64,000 bases of DNA from the NCBI GenBank assembly GCA_003344405.1, contig NOWV01000010.1, positions 186,001 through 250,000 of the forward strand. Reading direction: 5' to 3'. Positions 40,075 through 55,196 of this stretch are shown here, one piece after another. The stretch's first letter is position 1, and the number at the start of each line of letters is the position of its first letter. The position numbers and the translations under genes were made by a program. The DNA comes from Trichoplax sp. H2 (lineage: Eukaryota). Under the pieces are notes generated by a model. It worked only from the letters and a program-made list of their open reading frames with translations. It ran no database searches and was not told the origin of the DNA.

Positions 40075-41300
40075 GGTATACAGTACTGTACACTATACAG
40101 GACAGTACCGTCTTGTGTACAAAAGGTGTCCACTGGTTGGCAACACTATATACAGTGTACAGTATACAGTACAGGATTGAATACAGCATTGTACCATACT
40201 GCACAAAATCAACTTTGCAGCTAGTGTAATTTGATGTCAATCGCGGAAAGTATGGTGTACTGTTTACAGACATGCAGAACACTTGAAATGACCGGTGAAA
40301 TAATCAGCCTGGACATCATACAGTACAGTACAGTACAGTACAGTATAGTGAAAAACCGCTTGCTGTCCCGCCTCTTTCTTTTTACTAGTCGCCGAGGTAT
40401 GGTATTGTACACTGTACAGTATACAGTGTCTATTTTGGATTTTTTCCAATTTGGGGTCACATTGGGAGTTGGAAAGTGACGTTTCATAGACCTCGACAGT
40501 ACTGTATACGTACTTCACACTGGTACAGTACAGTACTACAGGTACAGTACGTGTGACTACGGATCCATTGCCCAGTTTTAGTACTGTACAGTACAGTACT
40601 GTACTGTAGTTCGGATAATGACAGTACTGTACAGTACAGTACGAAATTGGAGTGTACTGTACAGTGTACACTGTACACCAGTGTTGTGCAATGCAGTGAA
40701 AAGGCAACCACAACCTGCTAAAACCCGATCCAACTGTTGATTTTCTAACGCGAAACGAGTGCAATCGCAAGCACTGTATCACCACAGAGATTCTTAAGCC
40801 GAATGCCGCTCTCGAGTCGGGTATTAAGCTTGACTTTGCACATCCCTGCAGTGTACACTGTACAGTACAGTACACTAGAAAGTTACAGTACTGTACTGTA
40901 CTGTACACTGTAAATGTAATTTTAATTTTACAGTACTGTACTGCACTGTACTACTGTACTGTATACAGAAGTCAATGACCAGCTCACAGTACAATAGCAG
41001 TATTGGTGAATGCAGTCGTAGTTAGACCTGACTCGCAGTTATACTGTCCTGTCCTGTAAAAAAACACCAGTTACACTGTTAAAATAGTGATTCCGTTTCC
41101 GTACCGTTCCGTGAAATACAGTATGGTGTGTACAGTACAGTACTTTACTGTACTGTACAGTACTGTATGCTGTATACTGTACTGTACACTGTACATCTAC
41201 AGTAGTGTACTGTAGCTATCGTCACGACAGTACTTACTGTACAGTACAGTACAGTACAGTAATGTACTGTAGTATACGGTGTACAGTACACAGTACTGTA
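40075..41300. repeat. TACAG/CTGTA island between divergent NIPBL and HMGCS
   Basis: Densest pentamer cluster in the window; it generates spurious YCTV/TVQY ORFs. Confidence 0.88.
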
Positions 41301-41727
41301 GATCACAGCTCAACCAGCTATTGTACTGAATCTACTCGTGCTCTTTACTCTTTTATTAGGTGCACGACGTCCAGTACGGTGCTTCTACCTTCTTTTGTGG
41401 TGTGACCCACCTTGTGACCTTTACAAGCAGCGATTTTGCTTTTAAGACAGGGTGGGCTGATTCGCCTGAAATCCATTTGCACAGCTGCATGCTTGAAGAA
41501 GCTGAAGGTAAAAGCTACTGGCGGTAGGTACCCCCAAAATGGTATATTACTGCATATAGGTAGTATTGCATAGGCTAATTGTAAGCAGGCACTGTTTCAA
41601 ATTGCTTTGCATTTTCTTCTACTGTAAATTGCAAGTTTATTTTATTGATTCATTTCCGATATGACGTGACCTCAACTTATCCGATATTATCTGTCGAAAA
41701 TTGTGATTAGATAAAAGCACAAGGAAG

Positions 41728-44700
41728 ATGGCAAATAATGGCAATATTGGGCGGCCTCAAAATGTCGGTATAGTAGCGATAGAGGTATATTTTCCAAATT
41801 ATTATGTCAATCAGGCAGAGTTGGAAGCACATGATGGCGTTGCTGCTGGCAAATATACCATTGGATTGGGCTTAAATAATATGGGCTTTTGTAGCGATCG
41901 TGAAGATATCAATTCCCTTTCTTTGACGGTCATGCAAAGATTAATGGAACGAAATAATCTATCGTACGATCAGATTGGACGATTAGAAGTCGGTACTGAG
42001 ACCATTGTTGATAAGTCCAAGTCGACAAAAACGGTCTTGATGCAACTCTTTAAAGATAGTGGTAATAGTGAAGTAGAGGGAATCGATACAACGAATGCAT
42101 GCTATGGCGGAACCAACGCCTTGTTCAACTCAATCAATTGGGTTGAAAGTAACTCTTGGGACGGTATGTTGATCAATACTCAATAGTCATGACTCGATAA
42201 CCATTTGCATTTTTAAAAATATCATTTTTGAAGGAGTTTGTTTTTTGTGCGTGTGCTACACTCCAAGTTTATGGACAGGATCTATTTCCTTTTCTCACCT
42301 TTTCTACTTCATAGTCCTCGCGATCGTACAAGCACATCTCCATCGATTTTACCCACATTGCCAAATAAACTAAAATTGATATAATTAGCCATATTGCAAT
42401 TTTAGTTACGGCAATAGATCGTTTTGTCGTTCAAGGGAAAAACTACAATACCAAGCAGTAACGTAGACGTCAGCAATTGAATATTTAATGCACAGTTTGC
42501 GCACACTGGATGAGTGTTAGATCGATGCCAGAATTTTTCCATTTGGTATTTCTATTGCAAATTATAATTTTAAACATATCAGGAATGTAGCTGTTATTGA
42601 TTTATAGTTATAACATTGGAAGAAGACGCACAATATAGGCCACATTGTTACACTTTACATTTTTGTTACATTTTTTTTTCCAAGGTAGATACAGTATATA
42701 CTGTACTTCTAGCCTACAGGGCCATGAAGGACTAAATCACATGATAATCTAGTTTAGTAATCCATGCCAGGACTAAGGGGTACTTGGCCACTTCACGTTT
42801 GAGACATCATTTAATAACTCGCAGGAAAGGAATGGAGTACCAGTTCGTAGTTCTTACAAATTTAACGGATAGTACGCATAGAAATTACATTGCACTGTAC
42901 ATTTATTTCAAATTACTAATTTATTTACTGTCAATAATAAATCTGTTGGGATAAAATTTATACAGTATTGCCCTAATAGGGCATTGTTTAAAGTCAGCTT
43001 TAATTTAATGCACGCTACTGTACAATACTTTACAATTTGGAGTAGTGGCACAAAGGCAGATCTCCTTATGCATCCTCATGTTGCAAATGATTACTGCTAA
43101 AAGGTTGAAGATTAGCATGCAATGTGTAACTCACCATTCGAACAGCTCTCGCTTTGTTGTTTCCCAATCGTTCAAGCCCGATGAAAGAAAAATAAATAAA
43201 AAATATTTATATAGTGCATACATACTAGCTAATTATGTTCTATACATATAAAGTAGCATGTAATTATAACGAAAAACTTTGAAAAGAATTTTTTTCTGCA
43301 ATGACACAACAAGAGAGCAGAGCGTTAAGTTTCTTTAATTACAATTTACATATGAGTATAGCAAACTTCTCATATTACATCATACATATACTACAAAACA
43401 ATATATTGTACATGGCAAACCATCGTACACGTATTCGTATTCATAAAATTTTATACCGTGTAAGATTGAAACAATTTGCTCATTGATTGTTATCACAGTT
43501 ATTAACCCATCGAACAGTAACGATATAGTCATTAAGCAGTCATGCATTGTTGTAACGATTAATATTGATGATGTCCGCGTAATAGTTTTGGATACTGAAT
43601 GTCATATTGCTTGAAAATCCAGAAATGATAAGCAATCTACTGTAACTTACAGTACCCTATCTTTCAATCTATTTAAACCATCTGATTCAATATTGTCGCC
43701 AGAGGATGTCTTCATACGTAATTCTACATCACAGCAATGACACACCTAGGTGTGCTGTTGTCATGTCAACTATTCTTAATTAGTTTATATAAGAAATTAA
43801 TCCAGTACTAAACGGTTTTAATCAATAATAATAAAACCTATATATACAGTACAGCTGATGTTCCGCAATATAAAAAACGTATACGCGTGTAACACATTTA
43901 ATGCATAAAGTTAAAAAATTCAATTTTTGATCATTGATACAGTATACTGCTTGTTTTTACTTTATATAGGGCGTTATGCTGTAGTTGTATGTGGCGATAT
44001 TGCGATATACTCGGTCGGCAGTGCTCGTTGTACAGGCGGTGCCGGTGCCTGCGCGATGTTGATAGGACCCGATGCCCCAGTTGTAATGGAAAGTAGTAAG
44101 TACTTTTAGTTAAGTATATTCTTCAAGCGTATTCATTCTATAAATTATACACCGTAATATAAATATGTAATGACTATCACTGATGTACGCGTTCAAAATG
44201 CCCCTGCTCAATGTTAGTAATATATTGTGTGTTCATAAATAATCATTAAAAGTTACTATTGTTATTGCTATATCAAAATATGCTCTCTAAATAATATCGT
44301 TTTCTTACATTTACGCAACTGAAAGGATTAAGAGGTTCTCACATGCAGCATGTTTATGATTTCTACAAGCCAAATATGTCTTCGGAATATCCAACTGTCG
44401 ATGGTAAACTATCCCTAACTTGCTACACAACATCGGTAGATAAGTGCTATCAACGTTATAAGGATAAAGCTGCTACAATACTGAATAAAAAGTAAGCAAG
44501 ATACACTAATTACTTTGTTACATTACTTATTAAATATTGATGCAGAAATACTCATATATTATTATACTAAGTGATTACTGTTCCCTTCATATTCTTACAG
44601 GATAACGTTAGATACGTTTGATAAGTTTTGTTTTCATTCACCCTTCTGTAAACTGGTTCAGAAGTCCGTCGGTAGGATAACTCTTAATGATTTCTTGATT

Positions 44701-45637
44701 GATCCTGAAAGATACATCGCAGAATTTCCTGAATTACAGAATCTGAGGTTAACATATCATTGTTTAGCCCTGTAGTAATGGTTTTTAATCCATTATTTAA
44801 AGCATAAAATAAAATAGCAATCTATCTTTTGTACGTAGGGATGTCAAAATAGACGAAACTTATACTGATAAAAACATTGAAAAAACTTTCGTAACAGTTA
44901 GCAACAATTCTTTCAAGCAAAAAACTAAAGGATCTTTACTTTTAGCTGGCGAAGTCGGAAATATGTATACAGCATCACTTTATGGTGGATTGGCATCGCT
45001 TTTTGCTATGTAAGTGTGATAATTGATAATAAAAACTATTATTGGAGTCCCTTCTTGAAGTCATCGCTAGTCATTGAACTCATAAAGTAGAATAGTCAAA
45101 ATAAAAATTGAATCATCTCTTTATTCGAAAAAGCTAATAGCTAAGGAAAGATTTTAATTATCAAATTTTGTAATATAAAACCTAGCTCCTCTGCCGAAAC
45201 ATTAGCTGGTAAACGCATAGGAATGTTCTCTTATGGGTCTGGTTCTGCAGCGACTTTATACTCATTTCGTGTAGTCGATGACGCTACAAACTCTAAGCTT
45301 ATAAATATCATAAACAATGCTGCTGATATCCCTGCGAGACTTGAATCACGCAAGAAGGTACTCCCAATTAATAAAATTATTGTTACATTTTTGCTTTGAA
45401 TCGTGTGTAATTCTATTTTTAATTTTTATCAATAACTACATGGTATATTGATAGGTATCACCTGACGATTTCGTCAAGACTCTAGCTATTCGCGAGGACA
45501 ATCATTCGTCGAACAATTATTCACCTGTTGGTAGTACAGAGGACTTGTGTCCAGGCACTTATTACCTCGCTCACGTAGATGATATGTATAGGAGGAGGTA
45601 TGAAAGAAAACCATTGCAAAACAGCAATGGAATTTAG
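41728..45637 (+). CDS. HMGCS1: Hydroxymethylglutaryl-CoA synthase (cytosolic type; no evident transit peptide)
   Basis: [16 protein letters not shown], catalytic [42 protein letters not shown] at 45635-45637. A probable 5'-UTR intron lies at 41508-41711. Confidence 0.97.
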
Positions 45638-47127
45638 TATATGCAAATTTAAGCAGTTAGAGTACTGATCTACTCTGAAGTGTCGTAGCTATTTTCTTTA
45701 CGTAGTCTTGAAGGAATTTATTAATTACTATTGACTGAAATGACAATGTTCCTATCGCTATTAATCGTCGTACGGTCAATTTTAACAGTAAAAGAAATGG
45801 GAACACCGGTTTGTAGTATTTAATGCCTGTTTGTGACTTTTTCACTTTTTAACTCGATTTTGGTCTTAATTTTATATCACTTTCCGTATAATTTTATAGG
45901 ACTAGGCATAGAGAATTACGCGTATATTTGCTTGGTCATATTAAATGCAGTTTATTAACGTATTCTTTGATTTTCTCATTTTTATGCACTCTTTATGCAC
46001 GCTTATTGATTGTATCATTCTTAATTGCTTAGTATTTTATTACATTTACAGTTTAGGCAGGTTTCCTTAAATATGTAATAGCTACTTTGGATTGTTTAGT
46101 GAATGCAGCTACTATATTCGCACTAGACATATAATTTAGGCCTTTTATTGTATTAGCAATAAAGCTCTGACTGATTTACTCTTGAATTCTAAATGTCCAT
46201 TTTGTGTATCAGTCGCGACAATAACTATAAATATTTACAATTCCTTTAATTATCATCATTGTATATATATGTTACATATGATGTAAGTACAGGAAACCGA
46301 AACGTATCATTAATTAATTGAAATATTGAATCAAAAAATTTGAAGACTGCTATCTACATTTATCGCTGAATTTTATACTCCTACACTTCGTTTTAGAAAC
46401 GTATTGTACGCGTAGTTTGCGCATCGATACAGTTACAGAACTAACACTATCAGATGACCGACCCCTTGAGAATTGATGTAGAACAAGGTAACAAACCTCA
46501 AAAAAGGTAGCTTACAATATGTGCGTCTGTGCTTGTGTAGAGTACTTTACGTACGTAGACGGATAGTTCATGAAACATCCATGTAATCCATAAACCGAAT
46601 TAACAACGTAGAAGCCATTGAATTAAACAAAATCTGGCGTGTCATAAAAAATTATATAAAATAAAATAATTATCGTGACACAGTAAAGAAAAAACATTAA
46701 TTTAGAAAAAGTAATCGGGAACATTGCACAGTACTATACGACCCATAAGTACCGTCATGGACTACCACAAAAAAGACTTTTAGTCTATCTTTAGTAGTTC
46801 GTAGTACCGTACAAACAGTACGAGGATCAGATATAGGCGTACCTATCTACTGGCACTTGCGCGTATGAAGTGCACTTATATCGAATCTTCTGAATTTTTA
46901 AGCTTTTTCACTACCGCAGCAAAGTGTAAATGATTACGGATAAAAGTCATAGGCAATAGAGCCAAAATTGGAACTTAAATAAAAAATTTGACATATTTTA
47001 TAGATATTGTACACTATTATATAATGTACATTTGTACAGTATGTGGCATGAAGGTAGTTCGTATCAACTAGATGTTGCTAAAACTCGATACGACTATTTA
47101 TCTCGACATCAGTGATCTCAGGATTAA

Positions 47128-50100
47128 TTAATTTTCTTTGGTCTCCATACTGGCTCCACAGTCAAATATCATTCTAATGCCAGATAAGATATTTTCTCTT
47201 CGTTGATCATCAATACAGCTCATTTTTGACCTTAACGATGAAATCATCTAGACGAAAATAAAACACAGCAGACGAGTCTTTCATAATCTTGTAAAATGCG
47301 AAGTACTGATAAACCCTAGCTACTATTGCGTATGGAAAGTTACCTTGTCAAGGATTAACTCATTTTCATTTTTGCAGCTTCGCTGAAGTAAATCAATGAC
47401 GCTTAAAGAAATTTTTGTACAATGAAAAACACGTTACCAACTGATTTTCATCAGAGTGTGAAAATATTGACTAAATAAAATATAGCACAGGTTTATCAGA
47501 ATACATACCAACGATTATCCTTATACTTTACAATCAGGTCTTCAATGATTTGAACGTAATCGTTCTCCTCAAAGTCATTCATAGGTAGGTTGAATTGATA
47601 AGGTATTTCTGTAACAAATGGTAAATAAAAAGTGACATGAAGTAATTTTTAAAGTCATAACAATTAATCATCAATTGTTTACAATATCTTAACTACCTAG
47701 CACCTTACATTAACTTATTATTAATTTCTATGTCTCCAAGAATGACAGTATTAATGTATCGATAGTAAACAGTTACCAAAGTCATGCAGCTTCAAGTTCT
47801 GATTATTAACAATAACTAATAATTGATCGTTGCACACTATCTCAAGCTGCCATTATCATTAAACTTTACTCCTCACAGCTAGAACTTACTAAGATTATCC
47901 GTTTTATCCATTTTATCTCCAATCATTAAACATGTAATACTGGATTCGTGTGTTACAAGTTGTCTATAGTATGGACTAATAATAACTCCAACGAAGGGAG
48001 CTCCACCCTGAGCAAACCAGTCCTAAATAATTTCGTATTACGACATTAATTATGCATAAAATTTAGTGCAATACTAAAATTGAATGAATTATATAATTAT
48101 TGAGAGCAAACCTGATATTTTGACTGCGTTTCAATATCTCTTATGGAAGGAATAGGAGAAAAATACGGATGTGAATGATACCAACCAACTACAGAGTATC
48201 CACGGTTGCATAGTTCGGTAAAGGCTTCCGTCTGTGAAACTATCAAGACACACAATGTGAAATATTGAAAATGAAAGTGCGTAACAAATACTAATGCAAT
48301 ACTTACCAGAGTCCATTTCACACTGCACCTCCGTACTTAAGCTTTCACAAGGCTCGGCTCTCAGTATCTGAATTCGCAAGAATTTTTTATATTAAATGAC
48401 CTTATTGTGTATTAGATGTATGGTGTTATAGAGCTTCTCACCTTTAGCTCTTTTTGTTCGCAACTATATCTTCCCCCCAATAATCCAATTACTTCCGTCC
48501 CACAGAGATGAGAATGCTACCGCAGAAAAAGCAATTAATGGCGTTTTAAATCTGATGTCAATACAACTGATTAAATGGGTATTTTGCAATAAAATGACTA
48601 TCCGATGTGCCGGTAACCTTACCACTTCCATGACAAGTAAAGCATCAATGCTGATAGAAACTTGGAAAGGCTAAATTTTAAGTAAAAAGTGTAAAATTAT
48701 ACCAAGACTCAATTGACATGACTGTCAATGATAAAGAGTCAGATGATGATTACCTCGCTACCGCTATCAAATTTTCGACATGGAATTAAATTAAATGGAT
48801 TGTAGCTACGAAAAAACTGGCTAGTTAGATCATACTCCAGAAAAATACATGCATCTTATACTTCATGTTATGCAAAATACTGTAATAATAAAAATTTCGA
48901 GTATAGTACTACAAAAATTTTGCTAGTTTACCTCTGATATGATGTGGATCGCCTAGATTTAATCCTAATATAAAATATTAACAAAAATATAAATCTGCAG
49001 CCATTAATTTTGAATTCACAGAAACCTAAATGTTCGCAAATACTTAACACTACTTTGAAGAAATACCTTGCTCCACCTTCAGTTTCAGCTTCACTCGAAT
49101 CTTTTGAAATCTGAAAAAAATTTTCAAGAAATTTACATATAGCAGAATTAGCACAATTAAATAATCTACTAGCGATCTACCTCATAGTCTGGCATCACTG
49201 AATGTTGATCGTTATTTACACATTTCCCCGCAGACCTTTTTCTAAGTCTCTATTATAATATTACATAACGGTATATAGAAGCATTGTCTTACAGAAATAA
49301 ACCAAAATAAGGTTTATGGATTATCCTTACATTGATGTCAAATGAAGCCAGACTATCACTATTCTCTAAAGTTTTAACATCTTTATCTGGAGAAAAAGAA
49401 AAGTAGTCTATTATACAGATTCAAGTAAATTCCATGAATGAAGAAAGTTACTGTACTGTACTTACCTTCTAAATTAACTAATTGGCATCCGCTTCTTATA
49501 TTATTTCTGCGCCGAGCTTCTATCGGAAGGAGAGCAGGTATATGTATATTGTTATGCGTATACAAAACGGTGTCCAGTCATGAATATAGAAACCCTCCGC
49601 AGGTCAAAGCATTTCTAGGGAAGATTTTTATTTTTAGTTTATATTTATCCTACCTATTCCCACGTTGATTGCTCCAATTTGTTCTAAGAAACAGTGAACA
49701 CGACCGATAGCATTTACATCCCCACAATTGCGTAAACCAACACGTAGAGATGTCTTATTTAAGTAACTAGGTTGGCATTTATCCCTAAATAATTTATGCG
49801 TAACATATTTATGTTTACGTCTAAATTACTTGAAATAATTTACGTTAATTTACAGTGTTCACAAATAGAACTCCTACTTAGATCAGCATCTATCGCAATC
49901 ATACTAATCATGTGAGCTTATAAGATCACTACATATATTCTATCGCAAATGGGTCTTACCACGCATCCAAAATATAATTTCTAATTTTTTGGTATCTTTC
50001 TGGAGTTTTTGAAGATCTGCCTAAGAAAAATTCTCTGTTCACAATTTTCTCCACTTCCTGAATACAGTTACGTTCAATTACAAAATCGTCCTAATATGTA

Positions 50101-53100
50101 AAAATTTAATGGATAATTAAGAATTGATTTATGCATGCATGTCAATGCCAATTGAAAAAGAGATGTAACATGTTAAAAATTCCGTTTACGTATCAACTAT
50201 ATTTTTGAAACTAATAATTTATTACCAAATCCTGTAATTCTAGATCCTGATTTACAGAGTTGTTATCATCGCCAAAATATTTTAAACTTTGATCAATTCC
50301 TTGAGCTTCTTCACAGTCGATATCATCAGTAGTATCAACTTTGTCTAAAATTCTGCTTCTATCTACTCGTAATTAGAAGTAGATGATTTTTAAAAGTTGT
50401 CTTAATTTATGTTGTAGCATTGGTAAAATATTTACCATTATCGAAGTCCGAAATTGGAGTTTCAATATTATCACTTTCAAGTTCGTGCGGAGAACTCGAC
50501 TCGCCATCTAAAATTTCAGTTGCAGGATAGTCTTTCAGTCTAGATTCACTACATACACGGATATTGACAACACAAGCTGATTGTTCAAGATCTTCACTGT
50601 TAGTTATATCGGTGATTAGACTCTTAACTTCGGATTTGCTATCGCTCTGATTATCGAATATTTGATCCGTGATTTCACTTTTAAGTTTATTGTCTCCAAC
50701 ATCTGTTTGGGGCTTCTCTGGTGGACTTTGTTCATTTGCCTTAATTAATTTAAACCCGTCCCGATTAACGTATTATTATAATTATTACAACGGCGATCTA
50801 AAATTTTAGCTATTATTCTATTGATTATTTTACGAACATCTTCGGACTCGGTCGAAACATCGCTACTTATTCCAGCTGCTTCCAGCAATTTTTCATAAAC
50901 ATCTTTTGAAGAGGTAGAATTTACTATATGATAACAGAGATAGTGTAAGCGTTTATAAAACTGTGTTGTATATGTTTATTCAACTAACAAGACAAAGTAT
51001 GGATTTATACCGGCAGTAAACATTGATACTTAAATCAGAAGTTTTCGACGATAAGCAAAACAAATTCCCGTAAGTAAAAAGTTAAATAAACACTAACTTC
51101 CACTGTAATCTTCAATGTCAATTTCTTCATCACTTTCTCGAGGATCAGAAACAATTGTCGCTTTACGTTCAGCCTTCGGATTAGTTTCCTTAGTCTGATC
51201 AGATATTAATCACATGTATTTAAATTTTAGGTATTCATGATGACAGCAGTTGTAATCGACGAATTACAGGGCTATTACCTTCCGTTTAAGGTAATATTTG
51301 CAATAATTTTTAACTTGAGTAGCCGTTCTAGAGCCAACCATCTTAGCAACTTTGGTCCAACATTTACCGTATCTTTTCTATGATGTAAATTTTAAATACT
51401 GATTGATACAATAAATGATAACTTAAACTAAACTAGTACAATCGATAGTTAAGTACTGTATATACTTACCAATCCTTCATCGAGCAATTTCCTTTCTTCT
51501 AAACTCCAGTGCTTTTTTACTGGCTGATTAGGACATCTAGAGATACATCTATCTATTAATCGCTTCAAAAGTAACAGCTTTGACTAAATACTTAAACTTA
51601 CAGTTTATTGTGTGAATTTAAAGTTTGTCTTCTGCCTGAAATCAAAAAGATATTGTTTACATGCGAGAAATATCCTACTAAAATAACCTTCAGTCACTCT
51701 TCAAGACTTCTGTATTTTATTAGTAATTTCTTTAAAATTTAAACTAGCACAGAATCTTAACTGATTTTAATATTATTTCTAAGCTAATACTTACCTTTCA
51801 TTTTTTTAGAAAGAGTGTTTATGTCTCTTATTTTTATAGACTCGGAATTTTTCGATTGCCTTACTTTCTTTTTGTCTAAATATTTCCTAAAATTGTAAGG
51901 ATAATATTAAAATTTTCACAAATGTAATGAGCGGTGTCATATACTTATTGTATTAAAAATAGCCTAACATAAAATTATAATATTTCTCCCAAAAGTAACT
52001 CATCAGTACCTTTCTTCCTTGATCATTTTATCAGCTAAATATTTACTTTCTGATGTTGTACCGGTTGTATTATCAATAATCCAAGCCTGTCATAAATAGA
52101 TATGTAATGAACACTTAATATGGATAGAGTATGCGACATCATTTGCAAATATCTCCAAAGCAGGGTATAGTGCGTAATAACTCAAGACAGACAATATTTA
52201 CGGGTAATAATTCTAAACTTTTGCTATCTTGCAGTATAATAACCACACATATTTTGACGTTTTATTCGCTTTATCTATGGCCTACTCAGTCTTACAAACG
52301 AAATTGCGCAATGCAGTACAGACATCACCGTGATAACGCACTGCCAGTGTACGATGTTGTCACCGTACAATTTCAATCATTAAAGTTGAAAGAATGAAAA
52401 TACGATAATCAAAAATCAGCATAACATACAGAATGACTTACAGTGTAATCCCATGATGAAAATTCTGGAAATTCAGATAGAGGATGATTGGTGTTATCTA
52501 ACAGATAATTTCTATCAACACTACATAAAAACAATATTCAATTATGTTACCAATTATAAATATACTTCTCCCAGCATTATAGACAGTCAATTCCTGATAT
52601 ACAGAGATTCATAACTCGTATAAAAGATGCACTTTCAAGAGTATTAATTAATGCCTGGTTGCATTGAATAGTAAGTCTTAAAATTTCTGGCTTATGGAGA
52701 GCAACTGATGCCTTTAATGACGACTACTATCACGGTAAATTCAAGGCATTAAATCGCTCTGTAACTTAAGTGCAATTATGCAAAGTAATACTCCGGTAAA
52801 GAGAATTAATTGATGGGATATTAACTGTCAGTTGCTACGTGGCGAAGATGAGAGCGTACCATACGCGCAAATTGTAGATGCCATTAGTATCATCTAGAAT
52901 AGTTAGAAAATTTCGGAATAACTTGTTCGACAAGTGTGTACTTCACATAGAACAGCCCTGAGATGTACACAGCCTATTTGATATATGGATTCAAACCTTT
53001 CATACATGTAGGCACGTACGCATATTACTGAATTTTAAGGGAATTTCAAAACTATATCATGTAATTATACGCGTATTATAAATATTAAATCATACTATTA

Positions 53101-53629
53101 AATCTATTCCTCTTTGCCCGAACAAGTTTACCCAACGCAACCTAAGTCGAATACATACGATACCTCCGTATATGAATTTATGAACCCTTCGTGACTTTAT
53201 TATACTTTGACTAATCTAAAGGTTAGGTCTGAATACAGAAAATTATTCTTATTTACAGATTCATCAACATAGCGATAGATACATGATTTACAGTAGCGAG
53301 AGAGCCCGCGGAATCACTGCTTCACTATTTTGGACAAAGGATTACGCATAGAATCTATAGCTGCAATAAAGTCAGAAAGCCATATCTCTAACAATATTCT
53401 ATTTTATCGGCAAAATAAGTAAATAAAGTATTGACTGCTTAACTTACTACACAATATCCATTAGGTCTGATTAATTATCCATTCAGCTATTTGACTTTAT
53501 CATCCGATTTACAAAGACTTACACAGAGTTCTCTCCACTCGGATCCTCGAAATAATTTCGGATATCCAATGAACTACTGTCTAATTCTTCAATATCAACG
53601 AGTTCTTCATCAAATTCACTGGAATCCAT
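47128..53629 (-). CDS. MYSM1: MYSM1 histone H2A deubiquitinase (SANT + SWIRM + MPN/JAMM)
   Basis: ATG at 53629 ([14 protein letters not shown]). SANT ([36 protein letters not shown]), SWIRM ([38 protein letters not shown]), JAMM ([32 protein letters not shown]); TAA at 47128-47130. Confidence 0.93.
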
Positions 53630-54244
53630 TGTGGCAGAAAGTAGAGATTATACGTTGAAAAGTTTTACAAATAAATATTACTTGTAGCCAAAGCCTTTAA
53701 ATCCCTTGTAATAAGTTGATCAATGCGTGTTTACAGTAGGAGCAAGTGCCTGTATACGAGGCTAATCAGCATGCCGTCGTTTGTGTAGAGTTACTGTAAT
53801 GTCCACATAAAGTAGAGAACGTTGTGTATTACAGGAATTGAACTTGGATGTTACTCTATTCCAGCATAAAGGATAGAAGAGAATTCTTAATTTCTAGCTA
53901 AATTAGCATGAACAAGTTTATGAAATACTGGACGCAAAACTGTTGTTATCATTTCCAAAATACCTGATCCATACTGTGTTCCCTTAATGCCTCCATCTTA
54001 AGTTGTTCGATGTTTTCAATCAAGGGCTAAACCAATTAATATTATACATTGTAAAAGCCTAAGAAGGATAAAAGGTCTAATTCTTCTTTGTCCACGAATA
54101 ATCAATTTTTCAAGGCTTATAGCGTAGAATTTATAATTAATACACGTTAAAGATCCATATTTTGTTTTGCAAATTATTTAGTTAGTAAATCCTCTTTGAC
54201 ACTGCTTGCAAGACCGAGCGCAAATAGAGACAGACGGAGAATCC

Positions 54245-54830
54245 CATGTACTGTACGTAACACTCATACTAGACGTGTCTCATACCAGGGCCTCCATGAC
54301 AACTTTCTCTATTAACTCCTGGTCATACCCGATGATCGTTAACTGTTACTATTGGAGGTACAGTTCAGTACAAGAGCATACTGTTACTGTACTGTTAGTG
54401 TACAGTGTACAGTACACGATATACTCATGGATTAAAAGTACTGTACAGTACAGTACCGTATTTTGTACTACTGCATACCGTACAGTACTGTACACTGTAT
54501 GCCGTCTGATGTAAAAACTGCACTGAAGCCTTTTCTGTACAGTGCACAGTACAGTAGTACAGTACAAATCAGGTACGGTACTTGTACTGTACTACAGTAC
54601 AAGTCTACAGTACCTTGCACACTCAATCTTAGGATTGACCAAATTCGGGTTGGACCATAACTGTATGGCACTGGCTGACAGCACCCGCCCGAAAATTCAA
54701 GTATCAACCAGTTTCCTGGTACTATCAATATACTGTACAACAATAATAAATGTACAGTTTGGTGGTAGTTTTCACAGTAATATAAAAGTTTTAAGCTGTG
54801 ATAGGTACAGCATTACTGTACTGTATTTAA
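54245..54830. repeat. TACAG/CTGTA island upstream of MYSM1
   Basis: Pentamer runs between the IPO13 3' end and the MYSM1 5' region. Confidence 0.8.
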
Positions 54831-55196
54831 GGGAATTTATTTATCAATCATTAATTAACTAATTATATTATAATAATAATTAGTATCAACAAAAGTTAGT
54901 GTATAGCATTCCATACGGTAGACGTTAAAAATTGTACAATTACAGTATACGTACATTCTTTACAGGAGAAAAAATATTCACGTCTCATTACTCATGTATA
55001 ATTAGATATTATCTGATAAAATGACTATGTAAATGTTATAAAAAATATAATGTACAAAGTACGTTAGTATCTTGATTAAAATTTTCTCGCGATCGCAAGC
55101 TAATGCTATTGTAGTTGAGTAATTTTAAACTTAGCTAAGTACTATATCAATAGCCAATGTTCATCATGATTACGACAGCGCCTACACAATGAGAGC

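Noticed and set aside
39933-41405. Cluster of overlapping ORFs (up to 214 aa) rich in YCTV/TVQY
   Set aside because: Artefact of the stop-poor TACAG/CTGTA pentamer repeat; the same applies to the ORFs at 15271-15730, 54206-54862 and 62051-62282.
51888-52009. U12-like branch (ATCCTTAC) in a MYSM1 intron
   Set aside because: The donor is GTACTG, which is U2-type; at most a relic, and not supportable from sequence alone.
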